NCBI GenBank assembly: GCA_012295275.1
Contig: CM022665.1
Location: 27,342,001 to 27,406,000 of the forward strand
Length of the DNA: 64,000 bases
Direction of reading: 5' to 3'
From: Chrysomallon squamiferum
Lineage: Eukaryota; Animalia; Mollusca
Shown here: one piece after another, positions 13,677 to 27,214 of the stretch
Layout of the letters: each line of letters begins with the position of its first letter
Position numbering within the stretch: the stretch's first letter is position 1
The notes under the pieces: model-generated
The model's database searches: none
What the model was told of the DNA's origin: nothing
The model's input: the letters and a program-made list of their open reading frames with translations, nothing else
Program-made: the position numbers and the translations under genes

Positions 13677-15523
13677 TGGCTTGCCTTGGCTATGGTTTGA
13701 TTAGATATTATCCTCAGATTAAACTAGACAAAATTATATTTATATTCAAATATATAAGTGTTAACTTTTCTTAAGACTAAGTATAAGAAATATTTAAAAA
13801 TCACTAAAAGTAATATTTAGCAATTTCTTCATCAATAAACTTAAATCTTAAGTTATAAAATGTAGGTTAGCATTATATGTAATTTCATGGACTGTGCTGT
13901 TGCTTCTGAGCAGCATTCTGTATACACAATTGTTATATATATTTTGTTTGTGTGCAGCTGTAATGTGACTTTAAAATTAAGTCTGTACAATTATCCATTA
14001 ATTTTAAAATTGAATCAGTAAGGATATGCCTTAATTTAAGCTTTTGCAGCTGGGCATTAATTTCAAAATCATGTTGCAAAATGACAATTTGAGATATGTT
14101 AATCATTAATACAGCTGACATCTTATGTGTTACTGTCATTTCAACAATCCTGAAGTGATGCTGCTGCTAGACATTTGTGCAAATCAGTTGTCCTTGAGGA
14201 AAACTGCAGTATTCCTTGTATAGCAAATCCACTGCATTCATTATGACTAATACCACAAGGTACAGTGTCAGGTACTCAACAGCCTTTGTGAGATCTTATC
14301 TGATACACTACTAATACTATAATACCTTGAACATGCATTCTTAAATGTCAGTTCTAAAATCCTCACTGTACTCACTGAACCATTGATGACAATCATCTGA
14401 AAGAATCAATGATTACTTCATCTCAATTCTTTAGTGACCACAGACTATTGACAGAAGTCTGTATTAACTGATAAAGAAATAAGCCTGAAAGGTCCATTCT
14501 CCCAAGGTCAGAAGTCATCACTGTTGGTTCTGAAGGGTTTTAGCCAGCTATGAGATGGCTTGATTAAGAGATGGACAGTTGCATATGAATTGTTTGCCAT
14601 CGTGGAACCTGATCTTTCTGACAGCGAGGAGTCATAGAGTAAAAGTGGATAATAAACTTAAGGGGTGACACTGATAGTGCTTGTGTCATTGTTGTCTGCT
14701 TTTCATATTGTTAACTTCCATGACTTGTGATAATCAGGTCTGAATTACACTGCTTGTTGTTGTAAATGAAATTGCTTTTCCACTGATATTGAGCTGTTAA
14801 GAGGAATTTACTTCCCATGACTTCTGTGTTTGTGAAGAGCGTCATGTATGATGGGGATGTCAATTAGAGTGTGAAGTCATCATGACAAACATCTCATCCA
14901 TTATTTTATTTTATTTTTTAACTACTTTTTTCAACCAGTAACTACAGAAATAAATACTGTATTAAATTTTGTAAAAAGAAAGAAAAATGAAAAAAAAAAA
15001 AAAAAAAAAAAAAGGATCTTAGAAACTATAAATTTGAAGTTATAACTGAGGTAAAAAAAATCAATAAATAAAAAAAAAATAATTTAAGGTAAAGATACCA
15101 AGAATATGGAGTCCTAAGGTGTATTTTGTTTATAGTGAAATTCTTTTTCATCTTGAAAATGGCAACCACTCCTTAACAGAATCCTGGATCTGCCCTTTTG
15201 GCAGATGCCAGAGAATTATTAATTTAAAAAAAATAAAAAATAAAAAATTAATTATACCAGTAAGATGAATGTAATTTGATTACATTACTTGTGGATTTAA
15301 AAATATATATTAAAAAGTAATAAAAATAAAAATATCACATTTTTATTTTATTTTTGTGGTGGAAATATGAGGAATAATCCTCAGATTTCAGATTTCAGAT
15401 CGATTTCAAACTCTTGAAGATTTAATAAATGATAAAATAATACAGTATTCATTATCTTCATGTAGCAGAATGCTATGGTTTAAAGCCTGAAGCCACAGCA
15501 GTTCCTAAATCAATAGTTAGAGA

Positions 15524-15525
<2 letters not shown>

Positions 15526-15581
<56 letters not shown>
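15526..15581. repeat. (TTA)n microsatellite
   Basis: Directly visible; similar arrays at about 28454-28497, 33761-33806 and 45955-46000. Confidence 0.95.
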
Positions 15582-15873
15582 TCTTTTTTAATAATTAGAC
15601 TGTTTGCTTTTTTTTTTTTTTTATAATATTCATGTTAAAAACCAAAATCATAAATAAACATGCTGGAATCCAGAGAAAATTGTGTAGATGGATCTTGTGT
15701 GGATTTTGAGGCTATTCATTCCTGACTTTTTATTATTATTATTATTATTATTGGTTATGATCTTAACCTTCTGATGACCGGAAAAGCTTATATAAAATCA
15801 TTATCATAAGCTTTTCCAGGATATGTTAATGGATTATTAACTAAATGCTACTAAAATAACACTTCAGGCTTAT

Positions 15874-15940
15874 TGACCTGACCTGACCTGACCTGATCTG
15901 ATCTAATCTGAAACTGACCTGACCTGACCTGACCTGACCT
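15874..15940. repeat. (TGACC)n pentanucleotide repeat, interrupted
   Basis: Directly visible. Confidence 0.9.
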
Positions 15941-16296
15941 AATCCAGCCAAACTTGTTAGAGAAATTAATAAAGAAAAACAAAAAAATAAAATAAAATGT
16001 TAAGTAGATAGAAATCAGTAAGATGTATTTTTGTTGTTATTGTTTTAGTTTACAATTTGGGAGTTTATTTTACTGAAATCATATATTCGAATAAGCCTAG
16101 GATGTAAAGCCACTGATTATTCAGCCTTATAGAAGAAGGGCTTATTTATGAGCAATGGATACAGCGTTTTGTGTTACTGAATAATGGAAATATTCTGTTG
16201 ATTTATAGAAGTTATCTGATATATTTCTAGCAGCAGTAGAAGTTGATTTTTTTATCACTATTTAGTAAAATCAAAACTTGTTTTTGTTTATTGCAG

Positions 16297-16530
16297 GGTA
16301 ACTGTGCAGAGTTTGAAGCAACTGTGGCAGCCCAGTGTGATGCTCTAATTGAGACGATCAAACAACGCAAACAGGAGCTGCTGGACAGTGTCAAGGCTGA
16401 GAAGGAGAACAAGATCTGCGTACTGAAGGAGCAGGTATCCGACTGCACCAGTCTCCTACAACGTACCACTGGGCTCCTTCAGTTTTGTATTGAAGTTCTT
16501 AAAGAGAGTAATCCAACATCATATCTACAG
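16297..16530 (+). CDS. TRIM9: TRIM9-like coding exon, coiled-coil (GNCAEFEATVAAQCDALIETIKQRKQELL...TTGLLQFCIEVLKESNPTSYLQ), phase 0-0, 234 nt
   Basis: Acceptor tttttgtttattgcag| and donor CAG|gttggt; lies within ORF 16243..16635. The AQCDAL and TTGLxQFCIExLKE motifs are characteristic of TRIM9/67. Confidence 0.95.
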
Positions 16531-19059
16531 GTTGGTGAAGATTTAATAAGTTTTCATCCTCAAGTTTTTTTTTTTTTTTTTTTTTTTTTATTTGTTTTCT
16601 TTTCACAGATCATTGAAAGATCATTGTCCTCATAGCCTTGTCAGAGACAGAAAAAAAACATTTACAAATGAAGTTTCTTCTTAAATACTTTTTTCTTTAA
16701 CAATAATTGGATTTAACACAGATTTGATAAATGTTCTGATTTAATTTCTTTATTCTTTCCTTTACTTCATTTATTTTATTCCTTCCTTTCTTTCATTTTG
16801 AAATTTTAATTTCTTTCATTCTTCTTTCTTTTCTTTTTTTATAAGAAGAAATGTGATGGACTTCATTACTGAATCCAATCAGCAACTTGATTACTTTTTG
16901 GTTACACTGACCCAAAAAAATAATAGTTTTCCTTTCTGTTTAAAGCCTTTACTTATTTAACTTATTTACTTCATTGTTATCTAGTGCACATTAAACACTT
17001 ACCAATTTACATTAATATTTTTACAGCCAGCCCAAGATATATGAAATTCCATTATTAAGTCAAATGTTTAAAATAATATTGGATTAACAAGTACGCATTC
17101 ATAATGTCTTTAGTACGACATTCATTAAATTGGGGTCTGTTACATTGAGCTACATTAAAATCACAAATAAAAAATGATATGATGGTATTAATAATGGAAA
17201 AGACATTTTTATTGTTATTGTTATTGTTCATCTCCTTCATTTATTATTTTAATATATTTGAAAATGAAACTGACAACACATATTGAGGATTTGATTTATG
17301 CTGTAAAGGATGACTCACGGAAATGTTTTTAATTGAGACAAACTTTTATCTTGTAAAAAAAACTAATTGCTTTATTTACTCATCTGTGTGATCGTGTCAT
17401 CCACTGTTGTGTGAAAAAAAGTATCAAAAAAAGTTTTTATCTCTCTCCAGAGTTCACCATGCGGTCTCACAACACAGTTTTATCTTGTATTGAAAATTCG
17501 TCAGGGGTGTGCTTGAGTGGTGTCCTTCAGAAGCTTGCAACAATTGGCTGAAACATGTTATTTTTTGTATCAAGAGGACTTATTCAAAAATTCATGCAAT
17601 AAAACTTAACTTGGGTTCTGGCCGACGATGAAACATATTAGCATTTTCCCAAGAGATTCTGTCTCCATTTATTCAACACTTGAGCTTCATTGCCTTTTTC
17701 CACAGGCTTTTTCTTACTTTCAGACTGGGGTATATTGATTTCTTGTCAGATGAGAATTATTCTTTTTTCCCCTTCTTTTTCTAATGTTCTTGAACATTGA
17801 ATATCACATTCAATAGGTTTCCGGTTGCCACAAACAAGCTGGTGTTTGCCACTTCTCAATGGGGATTAATACAAAAAAATGGGGTGTTTTCAAAAATATT
17901 GTAAATGTATGCATGGAAGAATTCAATTACATTATCAGCAATGTAATTGAAAAGACATAATAGTGAACAATACACCATTAAGATTAAATGGATGGAGTAT
18001 AAGGCAGTTTGATGACTTCGTCCATGTCATATAAATTAAATAATATTTTTCATCCTTCAACTTCAACCTTTAATATAACATTATCAAATGTTATAGATTT
18101 TCTATTTTATTTTATTGAAGTTCACACAACAGAAGTTTGATTGTCATTCAGGAGTCAGTTTTTAATGAAATCATTTTGAATTCATATTTTTATTTTTATT
18201 CTGCTGTTAAACTGTCTGCAGTTTAACAGTTTTGATATAGTGGTTTTTAAAGAACAAAGAATTTGCATTTGTATACCATTGTCTGAAATTTTAAAATGAA
18301 CAAAAGAACAATGAAGGACTAATTGAAGAACACAGGTTGTCAGAAAAGTGGTCACCTGTCACTTGACCTGCAGGTTATGGCTATTCCCAAATCAATGACA
18401 ACTTACAATTGTTTGCTAATGCTGTTGGCACGTTCTTTGAACATGGCTGCTGTTCAGTGCACGTGTAATGCTTCACTGATGTTAGTCAGCCAGAAAATTG
18501 TCAGAATTAATTAAAACTGAAACTTATGGGAAATTGTCCTTATGCCATTTTAAATTAATGCTGATTGATTTTAATTACGTTTCTTTAAATTAAATAGTAA
18601 TTTTGTTTAAAAGAAATTAATAATTTAGTAATAATTATTATTAATATTTAATGTTCTGTCTTTGAGCCCAATAAACCTTATTTCATGAATTATTAATGTT
18701 ATTATAATATTATTATTATTATTATTTTCTTTTTCTTCTTATTATACTACACTACTGCTAAAACTGCCAGAAATGCAACCTTTACTACTACATTTATTTT
18801 AATATTACAAAAATATAAATCTATATTTCACATGAACATATACATGACAAAATGATAATAGTTTACTTTCCAGTTTTATCTTCTACCCAATGACATCTAT
18901 CTAGTTTGTTTTATCTAACAGTTACAACAAAGCTGATAAGGATATCAACATTTATTTTCTGTGTCAACAGTGTGAATAAACCCTATATATTTAACAGACA
19001 ATCAGTGGGTCATATTGTATTTATTACACCACTTACACAGGTTTAGCCAGTCAGCAACA

Positions 19060-19265
19060 AACATCTTATAGACATAGTCTCAGCCAGTTGGTATATATCT
19101 CATAGACAGGACTAGCTAGTTGAAATATATCTCAAAGACGTAGTCTTAGCCAGTCTGTATATATCTCATAGACACAGGACTAGCTAGTTGGAATATATCT
19201 CATAGACCCAGCAACAAACATTCAGTGTGTATCTCATACAGTTAGCCAGTTTGTGTATATCTCAT
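19060..19265. repeat. Minisatellite of about 33 bp with alternating A/B units (higher-order unit about 67 bp)
   Basis: The tatatctcatagac core is followed alternately by agtctYagccagt and aggactagctagt. Confidence 0.85.
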
Positions 19266-19643
19266 AACAACTACTGTATGACATTACTGGCAAATTAGCT
19301 GGGTTAAAAAAAATCATGGTTTTGTGATACAGGCTATCAGTTGGAGGCTGATTCTGTGACTTATCCTTAGATAGGGGAGAATCTTCCAGCTGTGAAGTGG
19401 CATTTAGTATCAATCTGCGTGCTTTATGTCTTAACTGTAATATAAATGTCTTTTGCTTAGGAAATTATCCCAGCTGGAAGTTTCTGTTTTACATGTTGCT
19501 GTTCACATTAATAATAATATAAGTGTCTGGCTGTTAAAGAGATGTATGAAACACAAAGTTAATTTCTTAGTTATTTTTTTTTTTTTTTTACTTTTTGTTA
19601 ATGTTCTGTAACTGTTGTACTAACAGATTAAAACCTGTCTGCA

Positions 19644-19676
<33 letters not shown>

Positions 19677-19830
19677 TCTTATGTATTTATTTATAAAATC
19701 ATTTTTTTTATCTTAGGATAACAATAAGATTATCTTGAGAACATGATCTAGATTAGATGCCATTGTACAGTAATGTTGCACTCTTTTGTGTCAGCGAGTG
19801 TTTATACTGAGATAGATGGAAACCAAAATA

Positions 19831-19861
<31 letters not shown>

Positions 19862-21174
19862 ATTAAGACATCAGAAGAACATTACAAGAGATTATTGATA
19901 ATATAACATAAATCATCATTGCCTGTTCCAGCTGTTTTCCATAATTAATCTTTTTCCTCTCTGCTGTTCTGACAGATAAAATGTCTGTATTTAAGTGAAG
20001 ACATAATTACTGTTTGGATATCAAATATCCAAAGAAGTATATATAATGTAGCATCACTGCTAATATAAAAGATCTGAAACTAATTATTGCCCATTCCAAC
20101 TTAAAAAAAATGTATATTGTAAACATGTTTTTATGACTGTTATCATGTTGTGAAATATCTGTAGCTTTTAAGTGTAAAATTAATCTACGAAGCATAACCA
20201 GAAGATTTCTTCTTTTTCTTCATTTTTAAATTTTTTTAGTAATAAAACATTCTTGGCATCTGAAAAGTCATTAGTATGACACCATTGATTCATTCAGTAA
20301 AAAGATCTAGTTGTGATAAAATAAAGTCATTGAGTTTTCAGAAGAATTACTTAATCTTCATTTCATCTGCCACATACATCAAAATACACAGTAAAAACAT
20401 CAGATGTTCCAAACAAGAAAATTTTATTACCAGTCCAATAAAAAGTCAAGATTTATTTATTTATTTATTTATTTATCTTTATGATTTACATACCTCACAT
20501 TTTTTTATTTTTTTATTTTATTACTATTTATTTATTTTGCTTTCAGATAACGTATTTACCAGATCCTAACAATTCATTTTGATTGAAATTATTTCCAGCA
20601 ATAATATTTTTCTTAAATTGATATTACATTAAAAAAACGAAGGTTGTCGGAGGTCCTGTGGTTTTATAACCAGTATTATTTAGCATGGCTTGATTGCAGA
20701 CAATGGATCAGTATTTTATAACACTCAAAGCTTTATTTCGTTCTTTGTGTGTGGGTTTTTTTTTTCTTCTACATTGTTATTGTGTAGGGTAGGAGGAAAT
20801 CTATTAAAAGTTCCCTGCAGCTATACAAGTTTCCATTGTGACCTGCTAAATGCATTCCTAACAAAATACTTCTTAACTGTATTTGAAAAATAAATCTTTT
20901 TGGTAATACTTTGTCATCTAGATTGCTAATAATTAGATGACAAAGAACAGGTAAAAGAAACTATTTATTTAACAGTGTATTCAACACGTTTTAAAATGGA
21001 CAATGCAAATATGAAGGACATTTCAGAAATTAATCTTGTGTATTAAATACAACAGTTTGTCTGTACGTGCCATTTCTATAAAATCCCTGGTATTTAAAAT
21101 TATAATATTAGAAAGCTTGCTTGTCACACCTGATGGATAGAGGACCATTTTGGTGAGATCATATTATTAAAAAA

Positions 21175-21586
21175 CATTTGGGTTATTTCCATTCTAGCCA
21201 AACTAATTACTTAAGCTATTCCACACATTTTAGACACAGGGTATTTTTACACAGGTGAATCCTTTTATTCATTCCAGTCAAAGGAGCAATCCATTATTCA
21301 TACGAGAGATTATTTGGATTATGTTACATTTCAAGCTGCGTGATCAGTTTCATTATCTGTGTTCTAATTACAGTGTATGAATCTATGATTAAACAATCTT
21401 ATACAGTGTTAAAATACATTTTCTCTTAAAAGTGGCTGCTTGATTGGTTTGTGTTAAATAATCTCTTAAGTATAGCTAACAGTAACATGTTTTTCATAAA
21501 GTTAATTCAAGGAAAGGAATGCATGTATCACATCCTTTTTATAAACTAACCTTTAAGCACTGGCTGGAATGGGAAATAGCCCAATG
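21175..21586. mobile_element. Two short SINE-derived fragments in inverted orientation (21178-21200 +, 21561-21584 -)
   Basis: ttgggttatttccattctagcca versus the reverse complement of tggctggaatgggaaatagcccaa. Confidence 0.55.
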
Positions 21587-23869
21587 ATGTCAGGTAATTA
21601 TGTTCTGTAATAATAACTACAGCTTCCTGTCTCTTCAAATTACATTTCAGTTTAATATCTATTCTGCATGCATATATATATATAGACACACACACAAAAA
21701 AAAAAAATGTATGGTGTAAAAAAAGAATCAGTCAATAAAAAAATCAAATTAAAAAAAATCTGAAGAAGATATAGTTTTTTAGATCAAACTTAATTTGAAC
21801 AACAAAGCTAAATAATTTATGAAAGAAAAAAAAAAAAAAAATTAAGATACTTTTTAACCCCAAACTCAATATGACACCAAGAAAACAGAACAATTTATGC
21901 TTATTATCACCATTAATATTCGTAACAAACTCAAAACACCGAATTTTACATGATATTAAAATTTATGTACCATCATCTACATCAATATACTATCCAACAA
22001 AACAGGAAGATCATTGAGATTTGATCAAACAGGGTCTGCCAAGCTTGGATCAGGTGCAGAAATACACTGGCACCAGTAAATCTTTCTGACATGCTTTAGA
22101 GAACACGGAAGTTGAATTGATGTTTGATAAAAAGTTAATGAGGCTGATTAGTGGAGAAATGGTCCTGTGTGTTTCATCAAGGGACATGATAACATCAGGT
22201 GAACATGTTTTTTACTTTCTGCTTGGCTGCCATCTCAACCAGCAGACTATCACCAGATTCCTGATAAAGTCTTCTGTTATACAGCATTAGAAAAAAAATT
22301 CAAAAAAATAAATATTTTGTATTAGGGCAGTTTTGGGAGAGGGTGAGAAAAGGTACTTTTACTATATGTATAGATAGATATAGATGTGTGTGTGTGTGTG
22401 GGGGTATGATATATGTATGTATGTATTATGTTTTGTGTTTATTAGTGAATGTATGTATTGTCTGTAGGTGAGTGAGTGTTGTTTGTGTATGAATGTGTGT
22501 GAGTATGTGAGTGAAAGAGAGAGAGAGAGAGAATCTAATTAAATACAAAATGACCTAAATTTTGTTTATATTTTGTTTCTGCTTTTGTTTTTTTGGTTGA
22601 AAATTATTTGCATGATGTTTTATATAAGCCTTTTCAATTAACTCTGTCTTTATTTATGTATGGAACAGTCCCTTAGCCAGGATACAGCTGCAATAAGAAA
22701 AAGTTATCTTGTTGCTTGACCAAGTGTATCAGTAAGTCTGGTCACTTGGGAAACTGTTATCTGTCAGTTGGAAAGTTGATTGCAAGATTATCTAATTTAT
22801 GTAATCTGTGCATCACACTTTACATCAATCATTCTTCTCTGTTATTTTATTCTTAAACTTTCATATTTCATGCCTTCTTCTTTCCATCCATCCATATATC
22901 CAGGTGTCTGTCCATTCATCTATTCATTGAGATATCTCCTGTTTCACCATCAGTGCTTTCTTTCATCCATCTATTGGGTTACAACAAAAGTTCAAAGTAT
23001 TTTTTTAAGTGTAATTCAAAGATAATATTTAGATATTTGTACACAGATGCATTCAGTGACATATGTGCCTTTTTGTTCACCTTTCAGAGTATGTATACAT
23101 TTTATATCTCTCAGCCATGAATGAAATGAAATGACATACTCAAACACCAGTTATTGCAAAATGCTTTGAACTTTTTTCTAACCCAATATATAACCTCTTT
23201 TTATACATAAACACATCCATCCATCCATCCATCCATCATCCATCCAGCTGTCTTGCATCCATATAAACCATTAGTTTGTTACTTTATATATCCACCATTT
23301 CACTTATCCAATCATGTTATCTAAATATCTGATTCAGTTATTTAATTACTTACATTGGCAATATACTGGTACAGACTTTTCACACATCTAATAAAAAATT
23401 TAAAAAATGGTTTAGAAAGTTATCAGTTATACATAATCCTGTACTACTCTAACATTATCTGATTTGATTTCTTTAATGAATACTGGATTTTCATTTTATA
23501 TCACTGAGAAGACAAATATAACGTAAGTGGTTAAAAAGCTTCTAATTCACATTATAACTGAAACAAGCACAGGCCTGTTGCTGTAACCAGTTCTCCAGTC
23601 CCCCATGTTAAACCATTATTGCTGGTATTTAGCCGCCTGGCAGCTTGATTAAAAACTTTTACCTGGCATTTGTGTTTGTCACTCAGGGGACCCAGTCCAG
23701 AGCCAGAGAGTCTAGTGATATCTCGTGAACTCAGCGCAGTTTCATCAGCCAACAAGCAAATCAAGCCAGACCATTGCATTACCCATCAAGACAATTATTC
23801 TGATAATGCTTTAATGCTGTCACTTCCTAACAGAAAATCTTAATAGCAAATTCCATCACTGATGAGCCA

Positions 23870-23902
<33 letters not shown>

Positions 23903-24059
23903 TGTGTGTGTGTGTATGTGTGTCAGAGTGAGTATGTATATATGTGTATATGTCTGTGTGTGTATGTTTGTCTGTCTGTCTATGTCTGCAACTGCATATC
24001 TCTGTGTTTGAGTGTGTTGTGTTCATGTGAGAGGTGGATGAGAGAGAGAGACAGTGAGT

Positions 24060-24112
<53 letters not shown>
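23870..24112. repeat. Compound (GT)n / (GA)n microsatellite
   Basis: Directly visible; source of the CVCV, ERER and HTHT ORFs. Confidence 0.96.
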
Positions 24113-24115
<3 letters not shown>

Positions 24116-26169
24116 AGTGTTTCTGTATATGTTTAGTTGTGTATCTGTGTGTATGTGCATATATTATGTGCCTCATCACATATTGCAACATAATTGCTTT
24201 CACTTTCACTCACGAATTCCAGCGATATAATGCACTTATTATGTGTAAGCTGTTGGTCAGCCATCCTTTTGAATTCATTACAGTCCAGACAATAATAATT
24301 TGTGTCTGTCTTGGTTTAAATGAAGCGAGAAAGACAGCAAGATTAATAAAAATCTGTTATGAGATTTTTGTCAAAAATACGTAAATTGTTCCTAAGGGGG
24401 TTCTGATATTTTTGTGAGGATTTTGAAAAATTTATGTCCCTGAAGAAGAATTTTGAATGTTCACCAGACTTGGTTATCGATCAGTTTTTCTTTGATGTCA
24501 TAAGTGAAACAAAACCTATAATGTTTGCCACAAATTTTCCTTTTTTTAGCAAATATTATGCATCTTGTTTTGTAAGATAAATTGCAGAATCATATATGAG
24601 TAAATTATTTATAGAGATTACAAAGAAAAAGTATGATTTGTGAAAAATCATATTGATTTGTGTTAATAATTAATGAAATTCATTATGTGGTGATATTTTC
24701 TTTTACCTTTTGACAATTGGTATTTTTTTTTTTTTTTTTTTTTTTGTCTTAGATGTCTTATTGTTGAAAGTTGAATATTAAATAACAAAATTAACATTAA
24801 TCAATGGTAAAAAAGGAAATAAGGTATCTGTGAAGTCCTTTTTTTTTTAACCTATTAAATACCTTGAGCAATAGGATAGAACCTTTCTTTGATTGTAAAG
24901 TTGGTTGCTCTTATATCACTCACTACAGACATATAGTTGATACCAGCTTATCCATCCATCCATCTGTCTTTTGGTTATCCACCTATTTTCCATCCATTCA
25001 TCTTCCCCTTTCTCTACCCATTCATCCAATTACCCAGCCAGGAATCCAGCCATTTAGGCATGCCTCCTTCTTTTTCCATTCTTTTTTTTATTTTATCTAT
25101 TCATCCATCTGTTCATCCATCCATCCATCAGTCTGTCCATCTGTTCAGCATGGAAGTAATAACAGTTATTCTGCAATAAACAAGTGGCTGCACACTGGGC
25201 AGTGTAATCCCAGTTGCAAGTGACAGCGATAGACAAGGCATTGTTTATTAATACTGTCCTCTCTCAGTCTGTCCCCTGGGCACTTGTAAAAGGATTAACT
25301 AATTTAACCACTGCTTTTTCTGACAAAACCCAGCAAAAACAGCAACATGACGGACACCATCTGATGACATGGAAAACCTCTCCATGTTTATTGTTGACTG
25401 CTGCATCAAATGAAAATCACTACAACGTCAGCTCGGAGGGGGTCAGTTATGGAAATACTATTGTTAACTAGATTGGCCTTTCTGTTTGGATCAGAGGATT
25501 TGGAAATGTTTTTCCTCATTACATTCACAGTCAGGATTGCTAATAACATTTCAAAATCACTTGTCTCTCTAACATGGAAGCAGGGAATAACATGGGACGG
25601 GCTAAATGGACATTAAGTGTTGTTGTTATAGCACAGCACAATGGCTGACCATTGTGATTAGGAAAGAGTAGGAAAATAGTGGCTTTTGTATCAGTCACAG
25701 GAAAAAAACATCTGTAGAGTGTTTTTAAGCACTTGTATATTATCTCATATCTCCAGCTTCAACATCTTGATTATTTCTTTTATTAGTTTCAAGTGTTTGG
25801 TTTTCTGGAATATTGAAGGTCTTGTGTGTGGGGAGATGGTAATGAAAGAAAAAGACGGATTTGTAGTTAAATTCCAACATCATGATTAAATCACTGGTGT
25901 TTAAGAGTGAGACTGAGAATGGAAGAGAAAATGAATGAAGAAATGAGGATGAATGAAGGAAGAATTTTTTTTAAAAAGTGCCTTAATGCATTTTGTTATT
26001 AAGTGTGAAATATGTGGGGCTGTTTTGTTTTGTTTTTCTATAGCTTTCAGTGAGAATGAACATGTTACAAATACTTGTGAACTACTTTTGTGGGTGAATA
26101 GCTATGGCTCTTTTATAAACACTTACATAGAATTTGAAGAACCTGGTGCGTTAAGAGACATAGGCTAGT

Positions 26170-26450
26170 ATAGGAAATAGGATAATTGATTTACAAAGAA
26201 TGATTAGTTGGCAGTCTGTTAAGTCCCAGGACAATAGAGGGAGTGAAAGAAAAATAGACAGAGAGAGAGAGAAAAAAAAAATCCTTCGGTTTAGCAATTA
26301 AATATCCTCTTCTTTTCAGATTACAAATTCCATATCAGGCCTTTGATATATTATTATAGCTGCACCAAATACTTGAAAAGGAATACACCAATTATAACAG
26401 CATTAATTCCTCAATTTCATGGTGAAGGTCCTTGGAACATTCACTTCTTC
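26170..26450 (-). mobile_element. Highly decayed SINE copy, reverse orientation
   Basis: ttagcaattaaatatcctctt...ggcctttgatat...gcacc resembles the reverse complement of the core seen at about 5150 and 27900. Confidence 0.35.
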
Positions 26451-26877
26451 ATTAAATATACATATTAAATACCACATGTTAAATGCCTGTTCATTTCAGC
26501 TTATTTCATAAACAAAACCATTATTAATGTGAGAAAGAAGAAAGAATTTGGTTCAATGACGTGGAAGCAAATGACTTAATTAGAGCTAATGACCACCACT
26601 GGACAGCTACACAAGATCTATTATTTCTTTTGTGGCAGTGATGGTCAAAGAAACACGTGGCATGGTTTATGCCTCAGTTTCCAGCCACTTTTATGCAAGA
26701 GAAATTAGCAGCAAACGATGACAATTTCTAAACAAATATCCAATTATGTTCCTGCTTTAGAGAGACTGCAGCTCTGCCATGTGAATCAATTACCAGTGAC
26801 AAATGATTGAAAAGTAAACACCAGTACACTGAGCAGCATTCAGCAGTATTTCAGTGTCTTGTCTTGCTGGTTTTAAG

Positions 26878-26883
26878 TGTGTG

Positions 26884-26914
<31 letters not shown>

Positions 26915-27050
26915 CTGTGTGTCTGTGTGTGTGTGTATGTGTGTATGTGGGTGTCTGTCTGTGTGTTTGTGTGTGTCTGTGTGTGTCTGTGTGCATGTGT
27001 GTATGTCTGTGTGCATGTGTGTGTGTCTGTGTGTTTGTGTGTGTGTATGT
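26878..27050. repeat. Imperfect (GT)n microsatellite
   Basis: Directly visible. Confidence 0.96.
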
Positions 27051-27169
27051 GCACCTGTATCTAAGTATACTTATGTTTATCTATAAAACTGTGTATCTAT
27101 GTGTCATGTGTTTCCCCTCAGTGTGATTCCATTTAGATTTCAAATTTAATCCCTTTATAATGTTACTAA

Positions 27170-27214
<45 letters not shown>

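Noticed and set aside
16432-16440. Internal CAG|GTATCC as an alternative donor within the 234-nt exon
   Set aside because: Weak donor, and TRIM9-like protein similarity continues uninterrupted to 16530.
16227-16469. Minus-strand ORFs overlapping real exons (also 51408..51689)
   Set aside because: Antisense shadows of TRIM9 coding exons.
23856-27126. CVCV, HTHT and ERER repeat ORFs (also 1221-1478, 44283-44706, 59235-59540)
   Set aside because: Translations of microsatellites and pyrimidine-rich low-complexity tracts.
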